The notes under the pieces are model-generated. The model did not search any database. It worked only from the letters and a program-made list of their open reading frames with translations, and was not told the DNA's origin. A program made the translations under genes and the position numbers. Source: Cetorhinus maximus (taxonomy: Eukaryota). From it: DNA of 64,000 nucleotides. Location of the stretch: assembly GCF_964194155.1 (NCBI RefSeq), contig NC_135909.1:18290001-18354000 (forward strand). Direction: 5' to 3'. Positions 53,611 through 64,000 of this stretch are shown piece after piece; the first letter of the stretch is position 1; each line of letters starts with the position of its first letter.

Positions 53611-54380
53611 TCACTCAGATCGCTGCTGAATATGAGAGATGAGCTGTATCGGTTCCTCCTTTATAGAGCCCGCCCCGACCTGACTGAGAAAGGAGCATAG
53701 AGTGAGAGGCGGGACGGGGAGGAGACTAAATGACAGACAGAACAGAGGAATGTCTATGATAATCCAGCTCCACCCCCTGCCTGTCGAAACGACATTTTAT
53801 TTAATTGTCGACAATGGAAGTTAACACAGCGCTCGGCACAAAACTTATCGATTGGAGCTTCATGTTCAACGGTTCTAGAAACCCGCAGCTTTTAATTGCA
53901 GACCTTTACAAATAAAATTCTGTAATATTCCAGCCCAAGTACATACACTATACCCCGTCAAATCCGCCTGTTTCCACTTCACTCCCAGCTTCTGTTCTAT
54001 CCCCACACACCTCCCCTCCAGGAGGGTTGAGCAGTTTACCGACACCTCACTCAAGCTGAATTAGACAAACTCATGTGTTGGGCTTTGAGTTGTAACGCGG
54101 GGTTACTCCGCCCGGGTAACTGTCTTACACACTCTCACCTTGAATCTGTGAAAAGGGAACGTGCAGAAACTGACAGAGCAGCTGAACAAATCCCCAGTTA
54201 CAATGGTGCACGGACCCCGCTGTTTTATTGCAGATTGGGGGAGGGGCTGGGTATAGTGCATGTCAGTGAGATACCGGGAATTTTCAATTGAATATAAATC
54301 ACTTCAGTGTGAAACCTGCTCCCAGCGCCGGGACAGGGACATTTGATTCGGCGATCAGCTCTTTCCTGAGAGACGTGGGC

Positions 54381-54396
54381 GGCTCTGAGAAGAGCC
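54381..54396 (-). terminator. Histone 3' stem-loop (H1)
   Basis: Minus strand GGCTCTTCTCAGAGCC; HDE-like gaaagagctg. Confidence 0.95.
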
Positions 54397-54432
54397 TTTG
54401 TGTTCAGAGGTTTACAATTTGCTCGGCTGGTT

Positions 54433-55104
54433 TCATTTCTTTCCTGGCGCTGCTTTCTTAGCCTTTGCTGCTTTCACTTTGGGCTTGGCCTTCGACGATT
54501 TATCCACTTTTTTTAAAACCTTTCCGCCCGTCACCTTCTTGGCGGGAGATTTTTTCTTCAGCGCTGCTTTCTTCACCGCCTTTTTTGGAGTTGCCGCCTT
54601 CTTGCTGCTTGTTTTCTTGACTGTTGCTTTCTTCGCTGGGGATTTCTTGGCTGTTACTTTCTTGGCTGGAGATTTCTTAGCTGCTGGTTTTTTTGTTTTC
54701 ACCTTCTTGGCCGCTGGTTTCTTGACTAAAGATTTCTTGGCTGTTGGTTTCTTCTCCTTCTTTCCCACTTTCCCCTGGGATTCCTTCTTAGGGATTTTGA
54801 AGGAGCCGGAGGCGCCCTGTCCCTTTACCTGCACCAGGGAGCCGCTCTCCACCTTCCTCCTGATACTGAGCCTGATCTGGGAGCCGAGCTTCCCCACATC
54901 GACACCGCTGCCAGACAAAGCTTTCTTTATCGCGGCCAGGGACATCCCCTTGCGATCGCTGCAACCCGCCACAATCTTGAGGATCTGTTCGCCTAACTTG
55001 GGACCGGCTGCCTTCGATCGGGAAGCCGCCTTCTTCTTCTTGGGAGGTTTGACTTGAGCGGCAGCGGCTGGAGGAGCCGTTTCGGCGGCTGCAGTATCAG
55101 TCAT
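54433..55104 (-). CDS. H1: Linker histone H1 (223 aa)
   Basis: Globular domain GPKLGEQI..RKGMSLAAIKKAL..LVQVKGQGASGSFK; Lys/Ala/Pro tail with SPAKK and TPKK motifs; stem-loop. Confidence 0.97.
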   Translation of the reverse strand: MTDTAAAETAPPAAAAQVKPPKKKKAASRSKAAGPKLGEQILKIVAGCSDRKGMSLAAIKKALSGSGVDVGKLGSQIRLSIRRKVESGSLVQVKGQGASGSFKIPKKESQGKVGKKEKKPTAKKSLVKKPAAKKVKTKKPAAKKSPAKKVTAKKSPAKKATVKKTSSKKAATPKKAVKKAALKKKSPAKKVTGGKVLKKVDKSSKAKPKVKAAKAKKAAPGKK

Positions 55105-55248
55105 ATCCGAGACTGTGTGTAAAATCTCTCTGACAGTCAGAACTGGATCAGAAATGAAAGCAGTGGTGGCGGCTCAGAGCAACTTAAAGACAGAGAGCGG
55201 ACGGGGCAGAGACAACCTGCTGTCAGCTCCCGGCTCCTCCAGCCTCTC

Positions 55249-55609
55249 TGTGTTTCTCTCTCCTCATAAACTCCCCAATTCCACTTCAAATTGGACATTT
55301 CAGATTCCCACACTCGCTTCCTTCTGTTAACAAAATCCGAATCTTTGTTGTCGAGAAAGTTCCATCCGAATTAAAGGCAGAAATTTCGATTTAAACCCGT
55401 TTCTTTGCTGCTTTGATCGCGCCCTCTCAGCCGAGCGCTGACTTCTTCTCTGTGTTTCCATTGAAATCTTGAAATTAACGAAAACTTTACCTTAAATTCT
55501 CTCTTCAGGGCTGAGCAGGGGAGCATCGCGATCCAATTACAGGGAAATCTTGTGATTTTACACAAGAAGGACTCGGAAATCTGTCGCTGAGGCCGAACAC
55601 ACAAACACA
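55249..55609 (-). promoter_or_regulatory. H1 promoter AC box (AAACACA, 55249-55255) and upstream TG box (TGTGTTT, 55603-55609)
   Basis: Inverted pair exactly 354 bp apart. Confidence 0.7.
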
Positions 55610-56199
55610 GAGACATTAGTCTAACCCGCCCGCCCCTTTAACACACTCTCGCAGATACAATGTTCACATCTGCACATTGACAGGACAAACTGTGGCTCAG
55701 ATTTACAGCTCCCAGGACAGGCTTTCCTCTCCTCTCGGCCTGTGCTGTGGATTCACGGGGATTAGTTGTAGTTTCCCAGCTCTGTAACTGTTCAACCCTC
55801 TGAGACCGGAGCTGCTCACAGTGTCTGTTCCCCAGATTCAGGAGGCTGCAGCCAATCACAGCTGTGCCTGGGTTAACCCGTAACTGGTTTAAATTATGAT
55901 CTTGTTCAGAAGCAGATTTATTTTTTGATCATTTGAAGACACAGATTGTGTGCACTCAGCCACTAAACAACACTATCCCGCCTTCATGTGGAGTTCAAAA
56001 GAGAGGGGGTGGAGGGATTGATAGAGACAGAGTGAGTGAGGGCGGTGAGACACAGACAATGCATCAGTTGCAGAAATCCTTGTAAGCTCTGGTTTTACCC
56101 AGAAAGATTCTCGTGGAGAGGCAGAAGCTGCAGTTTCAGATTGCAATGATATTGTAACAGAGACATATTATTAATCCCACACTCAGGAAAAATGCTGTA

Positions 56200-56950
56200 T
56201 TTTAACAGAAGAGAGGCAGTATAAACTATAAGGTCCAGTTCTAAAAATTGTGCAAAGGTCAGAGGGACCTTTAGATCTTTGTAGGTGACACGAGATTTTG
56301 AGGGAGTAGTTTGGAAAGCAGATGGGATCATTGGTTTCATCAACAGAGGTACTGAGCATACAAGCAGGAACGTTATGTTTAACATCTATAAAGCTCTGGT
56401 TAGGCAGCAACTAGAATATTGTGTCCATTTCTGGTCACCACACTTTTGGAAGAATGTGAGAGTCGTTGAGACGGTGCAAAGGAGATTTACTAGAATAGCT
56501 CCAGGCATGAGGGGTTATAGCTGCAAAGTTTGTTTGCGGAATCCAGAGCTGTTCTCCTTGAAGCAGCCGAGATTGAGGGGAGGTCTGAGAGAGGTGTACA
56601 AGATTGTTTAGATCAGGTAGACAAAGGAAGGCAGTTCCCATTAGCTGAGAGTAGAAGGATTAGGAGACACGGATTTAAAATTTAAGACAAGATGTGCCGG
56701 GGGGAAGTCTGGAAGAACATTGTTACTTTCTGGGTTATCTCCTGGATCTTGATCCCGATGGGCATCGTGGAAACGGAGATGGTGAATGATTTCAAATGGA
56801 AATTGGGTGGGCGCCTGTGGGAAAAAAAGTTGCAGGCGTAGAGCAGGAGAATGGGACTGACTGGATTATTCTACAGGCAGGCAGTATGGACTGGATGGGC
56901 CGAATGGCTTCCTTCTGAGCAGCAATGTCTCCATGACTCTATGACTGTAT
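56200..56950 (+). mobile_element. CR1-type LINE 3' fragment
   Basis: IYKALVRQQLEYCVHFWSPH..VQRRFTR..RLRGGL and tail gggccgaatggc. Confidence 0.85.
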
Positions 56951-57289
56951 GTCTCTTTGACAGTCTCAGTGAGTGAGAAACAGTGGCCCATGTTTAAACC
57001 TCAGTTCCCTGTTGTACACCCTGCAGCTCAGGGCTGTTAGGTTTCACTCTCAGTGAGTGAGTGTTTCACTCAGATTGAATTAATCTGGAGAGTTCCTGTC
57101 TGATATTAACTCCTGCCCGGTCCCAGCAAACACCCCGACTCCCGGGTTCCTCCAGTGTTTCTGTAGGATTGCTTTGTGAAGACAGGTCCCTGAACATCAA
57201 ACAAGCTGAACAGAAAAATCCCAGGTTGTGTCTCTTAATGGGGCGAGTCCCAGTTTTCACCATCCCCTTTCCCATGAGCTCCAGATCAT

Positions 57290-57740
57290 TTGCTGATCTC
57301 GGATAAAAGTGAATTGGAAAACGTTTCACTGCAAAATGGTTTCATGGAATGTTATAGAATTCTGCGCATGCGTCATTCCGACCCACCAGAGCTCAATGGG
57401 TGGGAGCAGAAGAGCGCATGCACGCGGCTCTCCCCCAGTTTTATCTGGGACAGGATGAGCCACCAATGGAATGACTCCGGTCCTGGGGGAATGGAACAAA
57501 CAGCAGCCTCCTGGGAGGAGGGAGACAGAATGGCAAGAAGCTGTTATTGAAAATCACTGCTGCTTTCTCTCCGCAAAGCAACAGTGAATATTCCTGGTTG
57601 AGTTCACACTCCCCTGGTTTGTTGATATTGGACAGTGAAGAGTGGGAACAGAGCCGGACAGTCAGGATGTGGGGAGTCAGACAAAGAGCAGCTATTGTAG
57701 GCACAAGGTGTGAAGACAGGCACGTTTTAAACAGTGGCTG
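57290..57740 (+). promoter_or_regulatory. Inverted paralog of the 37460-38110 NRF1-type promoter/exon block
   Basis: tgcgcatgcg at 57363 and gcgcatgcac at 57414; ctgctgctttctctcc matches the reverse complement of ggagagaaagcagcaa at ~37625. Confidence 0.55.
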
Positions 57741-57809
57741 TTTGGTTTCGGTGACAGTTTTATTAGTGGAGATGGCGTCGTAGCAGGAATCTAGAGTTCC
57801 AAGTTAATG

Positions 57810-58180
57810 AACATAAGAACAGAAGGAATAAAGAGCAGGAATAGGCCACTCGGCCCCTCGAATTTGCTCCACCATTCAGTAAGGTCATGGTTGATCTGAT
57901 TGTAACCTCAACTCCACGTTCCTGCCTCCCCTCGGTAACCTCTCACCCATTTGCTTTCAAGAGTCTACCCCTGCTTTAAAAGTATTAAGAGACTCCGCTT
58001 CCACCCTCTTTTGAGGAAGAGAGTTCCAAAGACTCAAGAACCTCAGCAAGAATAAAAAGTCTCCTCATCTCTGTCTTAAATGGACGACCCGTTATTTTTA
58101 AACTGTGACCGTGAGTTGTAGATTCTCCTCCAAGAGGAAACATCCTGTCCACATTTGCCGTGTCAAGACACATCAGGACC
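57810..58180 (-). mobile_element. CR1-type LINE 3' end
   Basis: VDRMFPLGGESTTHGHSLKITGRPFKTEMRR. Confidence 0.8.
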
Positions 58181-58362
58181 CCCTTAAGATAATGTTATGG
58201 AGGCGCGGGATCAAATCCCACCACCGCTGCCGGTGACATATAATTTTAAAAAATCTTGAAAGTCACATTGATAAAAACCCATCTGGCTCACGCACTCTCC
58301 TCCTCCGTTTGAACGAATAGACATTCCTGAGACTTGGGCTCACTGCCGGACTAACTTAGTGC

Positions 58363-58565
58363 AAACAAAAACAGAAAATGCTGGAAAAACTCAGGAGGTC
58401 TAACAGCATCTGTGGAGAGAAAGACAGAGTTTACCTTTCATGTCTGTATGACTCTTAAACGTTAACTCTGTCTTTCTCTCCATAGATGCGGTTAGACCTG
58501 CTGAGTTTTTTCAGCATTTTCTATTTTTCTTTCAGATTTCCAGCATCTGCACTATTTTGCTCTTA
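58363..58565. mobile_element. Palindromic Penelope-terminus-derived repeat
   Basis: ~65-bp near-perfect inverted arms around a short centre. Confidence 0.7.
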
Positions 58566-58631
58566 TCTCACTGTGCTGTTGGTGCTTGTGGAACTGGTGT
58601 CTCTGCTCTCTGTGAGTGATACTGTACTTAC

Positions 58632-58709
58632 TGTGTGAGAAGGAGCTGGCTGCACTTCTCCTTTTGTCACCGAATCACTACTTTGATTCTGCTGCTTTCA
58701 AATATTTGC
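58632..58709 (-). other. Putative small exon (78 nt), third paralog
   Basis: CCTTTTTCTTCCGACAG|GCAAATATTT...CTTCTCACACA|GTAAGT; stops in all three frames. Confidence 0.4.
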
Positions 58710-59189
58710 CTGTCGGAAGAAAAAGGTATTTATAATAATCCAAAGAGAGAGGAGGTAGCAAATACAAAATAGACCAACGCATTTGTTTCAATTAATAGTC
58801 ATTGCAAAAAAACAGAAAATTAAAAGCAGTGACACAAGCAGGGTCTGGTCTGAAGGGCAATTCGGGATAGGCAACAGATTCTGGCCTTGTCAGCGACTCC
58901 TACATCCCGTGAACAAATAAAAATATAAGTAGATCCTGAGAGTGGGAAGTAGTAATTTGACCTGTGCAGAACTCCCTGCTCTGTCACTCAGTCCCATTCA
59001 TGGAGCAGTGGAATGTTTATGGATGGCAGGAAATTGTTGTAAAATAATCCAAATCCTTGGTCTGCAGTAGCCGGGTGCTGCAGGACAGTCGTGGAATCAG
59101 ACACTGACTCTGTTCAGAGTGGAAGAGAGAGAGAGAGAGTGGAAGCAAATCATCCTCTATCCCGAAGGTCTGAATAATAATAAGAATAA

Positions 59190-59530
59190 TGGAGACATTC
59201 AGATACAGAATTAACCCCACTTCCCCTGGCAGTAATGGGGTCCGATAGACACAGAATGATTCCAACATTGACATTCAGTAACACTGCCTGAAACAGAATT
59301 AATCTCACCCTCACATATAGTACCAGGCATTGACCCATAAGAAGAAATCCTACTCTCACAAATTGTTCCAGAGACAGAGATGCAGAATGAATCCTACACT
59401 CACAAACACTATCTGTGATGGACATATACAGAACAAATCTTGCTCACGTCTACTAACAGAGTTCTCAGGATGTATCGCACAATCACATTCACTCCTAGAA
59501 GGTAACAGATACAGTCAAGAATTGATGACT
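59190..59530 (-). repeat. Degenerate ~46-bp satellite (CA-rich orientation)
   Basis: gagacagagatgcagaatgaatcctacactcaca-type units. Confidence 0.6.
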
Positions 59531-59659
59531 TTTTTCCAGTTGTGGCTTAACCAGATTTTAACACAAGAAGAGGGAACATCTGAACACAACATGGAACACG
59601 TTAATATAACAGGGAACATCGAGGACCCAGGAAGAAAATATTTTCCCAACAGAAAACAT

Positions 59660-60350
59660 CTTCACTGAGCAACAGAGAACATATTTACAGTATAGGAGCA
59701 TCTTGAGACAACAGAGAACATGTTTACACAGCTGGCAACACGTCTGCACGACAGGGAGGCACGTTACACAACAGTGAAGATCTCTCAACAGCAGAGTGCA
59801 CAGTTACACAACAGGGAGCACACTTTACGCAACAGGGGCACAGTCACACAACGGAGAACACAGTTAAAAAACAGAGGACACAGTTACACAGTAGAGGGCG
59901 GAGTTACATAACAGAGAGCACAGCTCCACAACAGAGGGCACAGTTAAACAACAGAGGGCACAGTAACACAGCAGACAGCACAGTTACACAACAGATATCA
60001 CAATTACACAACAGAGAGCACAGATAAACAACAGTGGGCACAGTTTCACAATTGAGGTCGGAGTTACAGAACAGAGAGCACAGTTACACAAGAGAGCACA
60101 GTTGCACAACAGAGGGCAGACTTACACAGCAGAGGGCACAGTAACACAGCAGAGAGCACAGTTGCACAACAGAGAACACAGTCTCGCCAACAAAGAGCAA
60201 AGTTATTCAACAGAGAGCACAGTTATACAACAGGGTGCGCATACACAAAACAGAATGCACAGTTACAAAAAAAGGGCACAGGTCCACAACAGAGATCACC
60301 GTTACACAACAGGGTGCACAGAGACACAACAGGGTGCACAGTTACACAGC
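59660..60350 (+). repeat. 20-bp minisatellite (CAGTTACACAACAGAGRGCA)
   Basis: About 30-35 tandem copies with clear 20-bp periodicity. Confidence 0.92.
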
Positions 60351-60647
60351 AGGACTCATTATTACAAACCGGGGACATCTCTGACAAACGGAATGGTTTG
60401 GACAAATGATCAGTTTCTCCACCTCAGTGTCTTGCTAATTTGCTCGGCATCGTTCTCTGTCATCTTGTGTATCCTGGCAGCCTCTTGCTGCCTTTTTTTC
60501 TGTGTTTTTTTTGTCTTTTTCTGGTGTTGCAAAGTGGAATTGTGCAGCCAAGGTGATCCTCCCAACACATCGCTCAAAAGCACAAAGCAAGTGACTATTT
60601 ATCTCCCTAATACACAAAGTAACATTCATCCACAGCTGACAATGTGT

Positions 60648-60719
60648 AGCAGAGTGGCGCAGCGGAAGCGTGCTGGGCCCATAACCCAGAGGTCGATGGA
60701 TCGAAACCATCCTCTGCTA
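60648..60719 (+). tRNA. tRNA-iMet-CAT: Initiator tRNA-Met(CAT)
   Basis: AGCAGAGTGGCGCAGCGGAAGCGTGCTGGGCCCATAACCCAGAGGTCGATGGATCGAAACCATCCTCTGCTA is the canonical vertebrate initiator tRNA (A1:U72, GGG/CCC anticodon stem, A54); T5 run ~25 nt downstream. Confidence 0.98.
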
Positions 60720-61499
60720 TTTATACTCCCACAAATTTATCTAATTTTTCTTTACAGTTTGCAGGTCTTAACATTGGAATCTCGCTTCCTGTAAACACTT
60801 CAGTTTGCAACAAATATCCCAAATTGTTTTTATTTACACGAGGACACGAGCTGCAATTGCTGCAAACACACACCAGCCGAGACCAGCCCATTTCTCGCAA
60901 CGAGCTGGCACAGTCTGAATATTCTTCTCTCGTTCACTATCACTCCATCATTACCTGAATAAGAAATTTCTAAGATGGAAAAATATCGTGAAGTTGATAT
61001 TTATTAGGTGCAGTATGTCCGATCTAAATGACACCCTGCAGTAATTCATCATTTTAATTTGGACAACAGCTTCCTTCACTGCGACATGTACCATCGAGGA
61101 CGAGAGAATCATCATAGTGAAGACAGCATCATGTCAAAGGCAGTTAATCAATATTAGGGCAGATATCACAGTTCCTGCTTAATTACTGGTTTAAAACGTG
61201 GAATTCAGTTCCAAATTCACCATGAAGTTTCCTTCCTTGGGCCTTGCGTCAGACACCTATTATACTGAAATCACCTTTGAGTGCCTCTGATTGTTTCCTT
61301 TAGCCGTTTAGTAGCTGTTCACATTTTAATCTGTTCAGCTTCCTGCTCATTCTGCCCTTACCGACCTTACTTAAGGTGAAAATTATTACATTTCTGTGAC
61401 CATTCCCTGCCTCTAACATATTGTGGTCACTCGTTGCCAGATGCTCATTTACTTTCAGAATATTAACTCTCTCTCGTTAGTTATTAATAAATCTAATAT

Positions 61500-62070
61500 A
61501 ATTTTTTTCTCTTGTGGTTTCCAAATCTGGGTGGATGGCAGGAGAGGTTAAAAGACAAAAGAGTTGATGGTGCAAGGTTAAGGTACATGTTCAAGTAACA
61601 AAACCAAAGATGTGTCTAAAGGAGGTGTGAATGATGGGATGATGAACAGCTGCCATCCAAAAGCATAAACAAGATAAAAATGTGAATATCCAATGGAAAA
61701 GATACATAATGGGGATTGAGTTTACATTCTCAACTTGTTGGACTCAATGTTGAGACTGGAAGGTTTTAACGTGCTCAATTTAAAGATGAGACACGGTTCC
61801 TCAAGTTTACACTGAGATTCATTAGAACACTGCAGGATACCAAGGACAGAAACGTCAGTGTAAGAACAAGATGTAAAATTAAAATCACAGGAGATCGTAA
61901 ACTCAGTGTCGTATTTGCTGACCGAGCAGATGTTCATCAAAGCAATCACTGAAACTGTCTAACATCGATCAGACCACCATTGTGAACAGTGAATACGGGG
62001 TGCCAAATTGAAGAAAGTACACATAAATCACTGTTTCAGCTGGAATGAGTGTTTTGGTAAGGACAGGTAA
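61500..62070 (-). mobile_element. Penelope-like 3' fragment, old
   Basis: Reverse-complement similarity to 13575-14130. Confidence 0.5.
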
Positions 62071-62559
62071 TATTCCATACCAACACTGCTAATTTACCTT
62101 CCTTTTTTCTCAACTGGTTATCTCTCCTATCTGTGATTGACAGGGCCCTCAAGCATTTCTGTTCCATTTCGCGAGCTCTGCTCTCACCAATTTGCTCTCT
62201 CCCAGAACGCTTTTAGGCTTCCTTTGTCCTCACCCTCCTCCCCAACATCTTCCACATTGAATGGATCATCCCTTGTCATTTCTTTGTCAGGCAGCGAGTT
62301 GTTGTGGTCTTGAATGCTCTGCCGAAAATGGTGGTGCATGCCGATTAAAAATAAACTTTCAAGAGTAAACACAGGAGGGACAATGTTTTAAGGCTATTGT
62401 AAAGGAGAATGGGAGTGGGGCTGATTTTCTTTAAAAGAGCTTGCACAGAAACTATTAACACAAAAGCTTCCCCCCGCGTTAGAGTTTATAATGAAATGGC
62501 CGATAACGCTTCCCAGAATGCTCTGGGAGATATTAAACGGCCTATCTCTCCCAGAAGGA

Positions 62560-62990
62560 CCGCAGTGCGCAGGCGCAAACAGGTCTGTCACCGGAAATCC
62601 TGTCTACGCCGAGCATGAGCCGTTCAGCTCGAGCGTGGTTGAGCGGAGCGTCACCAACACCGAGTCTCAGCGGCTCTCAGAGCCCGAATTAGAGCCGCTG
62701 GGTCCCCTGCTCTTCCTGATATATATTGTTGACCTACTCCTTGGTGTATGGGGCACCATTTCAAAATTTGCGGATGACATGAAACTTGGAGGTATTGTGA
62801 ACTGTGAGGAGGATAGTGTTAAACTTCAAAAGGACAGAAGCATATTGGTGAAATGGGCCGATAAGTTCGACCTCAGAATGACCCGGGGCCGGCCCTGGGG
62901 AGCATGCACACTCTCAATGCCGGGGAAGTCAGTGCATTAAATAGAGCGGTTTCTGGGATGCAGGGAATTGTGGGAACTGCAGTCACCATG
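62560..62990. promoter_or_regulatory. CpG-rich promoter-like region with NRF1-like and ZNF143/Staf-like sites, split by a CR1 RT fragment (62700-62865)
   Basis: TGCGCAGGCGCA at 62566-62577; minus strand GACTGCAGTTCCCACAATTCC at 62964-62984; LGPLLFLIYIVDL..SKFADDMKLGG. Confidence 0.5.
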
Positions 62991-63514
62991 GGCAGATGTT
63001 AGTAAGTGTTTTATTGCAGGTTGATTGTCAGTGACCCGAAATATGAACTCCTTTTCTTTCTCCACAGATGCTGTCTGATGTGCTGTGTATTTCTAGCATT
63101 TTCTCTCTTTATTTCAGGTTGCCACTATCCACATGATGTTTTCAGTGAATTGTTGCAGGTGTTGCTCACAAAACCAAGGTCAGAAACACAAACTGACAAA
63201 TGAAGAATGCTTTTGAATCAGAATGGATGTTGCACGTGGAAGCCGTTCCTCGCTTACTTTGAAGGTATGTTCTTGTTGGCTGATTTAGAACTGGAGAGTA
63301 GAGAGAGAAGGTGATGGGTTTAACCGCGAGCACTTTTGAGAACAGTAGGGCCCAAGCATTTCTGACATAAGGTCATTAACTGTTTCCTGTACAGTAACAG
63401 AGACGGACAGGGAGTTGATTTCACATTCACATGTAATAGCAGAGAGTCACCGACAGTGTTAATTCCACCCACACTCATATTGTAAGAGATATTGACGGAG
63501 AGTTAATTCATCTT

Positions 63515-63825
63515 ATCATAGAATGATTACAGCACAGAAGGAGGCCATTCTGCCCATTATGTCTATGCTGGCCTTCTGAAGGAGCAAATCACCTCATGCC
63601 ACTTCACTGCCTTTTCTACATAGCCCTGCACATTTTTCCTTTTTGGATAATAATCCAATTCTCTGTTGAATTCCTTGATTGAACCGGCCTCTACTACATT
63701 CTCAGGCACTTCTCTGATCCACATACTGCATGACAAGATTTTTCCTCATGCTGCCATTGCTTATTTTGCCAATTAGCTTAAATCTGCGTCCATTGGTCCT
63801 CTACATTTCCATCAATGGGAATAGA
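63515..63825 (-). mobile_element. CR1-type LINE 3' tail between patches of the ~46-bp satellite (63380-63510, 63870-64000)
   Basis: catagaatgattacagcacagaaggaggccattctgccc tail. Confidence 0.7.
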
Positions 63826-64000
63826 AGTCTCCCTGTCTGCTTTGCCACACTCGTAACAACAAAGAATGACAGAAAATTAATTCCACATACATACAGTAAT
63901 GCATATCAAACTCACTTACAGTGATAGACTCTAACAGAGAGTTAATTTCACACTCAGATCCGGTAACAGACATTGACAGGAAGGCAATTCCACAATCACA

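Noticed and set aside
59660-60350. CRISPR-like periodicity (also the 27- and 46-bp arrays)
   Set aside because: No unique spacers, no cas genes, vertebrate context
60102-60794. 230-aa ORF with a hydrophobic stretch
   Set aside because: Made of minisatellite, a T-rich tract and the tRNA gene

Overview
Eukaryotic, repeat-rich DNA. The repeat complement (CR1, RTE, Tx1, Penelope, Deu-domain SINEs) and the histone sequences point to a cartilaginous fish (shark/ray); this is inference. The left ~37 kb holds a decayed tRNA region (Thr-AGT, intron-containing Arg-TCT, Thr and Ser relics) in a mosaic of retroelements, local duplications and a 200-N gap. At 38.6-55.1 kb lie nine intact replication-dependent histone genes in a large inverted duplication: H4>H3><H2A<H2B [~4 kb spacer] H2B>H2A><H3<H4<H1, each with a 3' stem-loop. 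A canonical initiator tRNA-Met gene is at 60648. I found no clearly new protein-coding system. The best leads are: the histone palindrome with homogenised coding regions; a hidden minus-strand spliced unit with three paralogous small exons and NRF1-type promoters; minimal hammerhead-like motifs (variant CUGUUGA core) in Penelope-derived repeats; a young Tx1 LINE in a CR1 5'UTR; an ERV-like solo LTR; a 354-bp TG-box/AC-box spacing in the H1 promoter; and a ~46-bp satellite around the cluster. Repeat boundaries were read by eye and are approximate.
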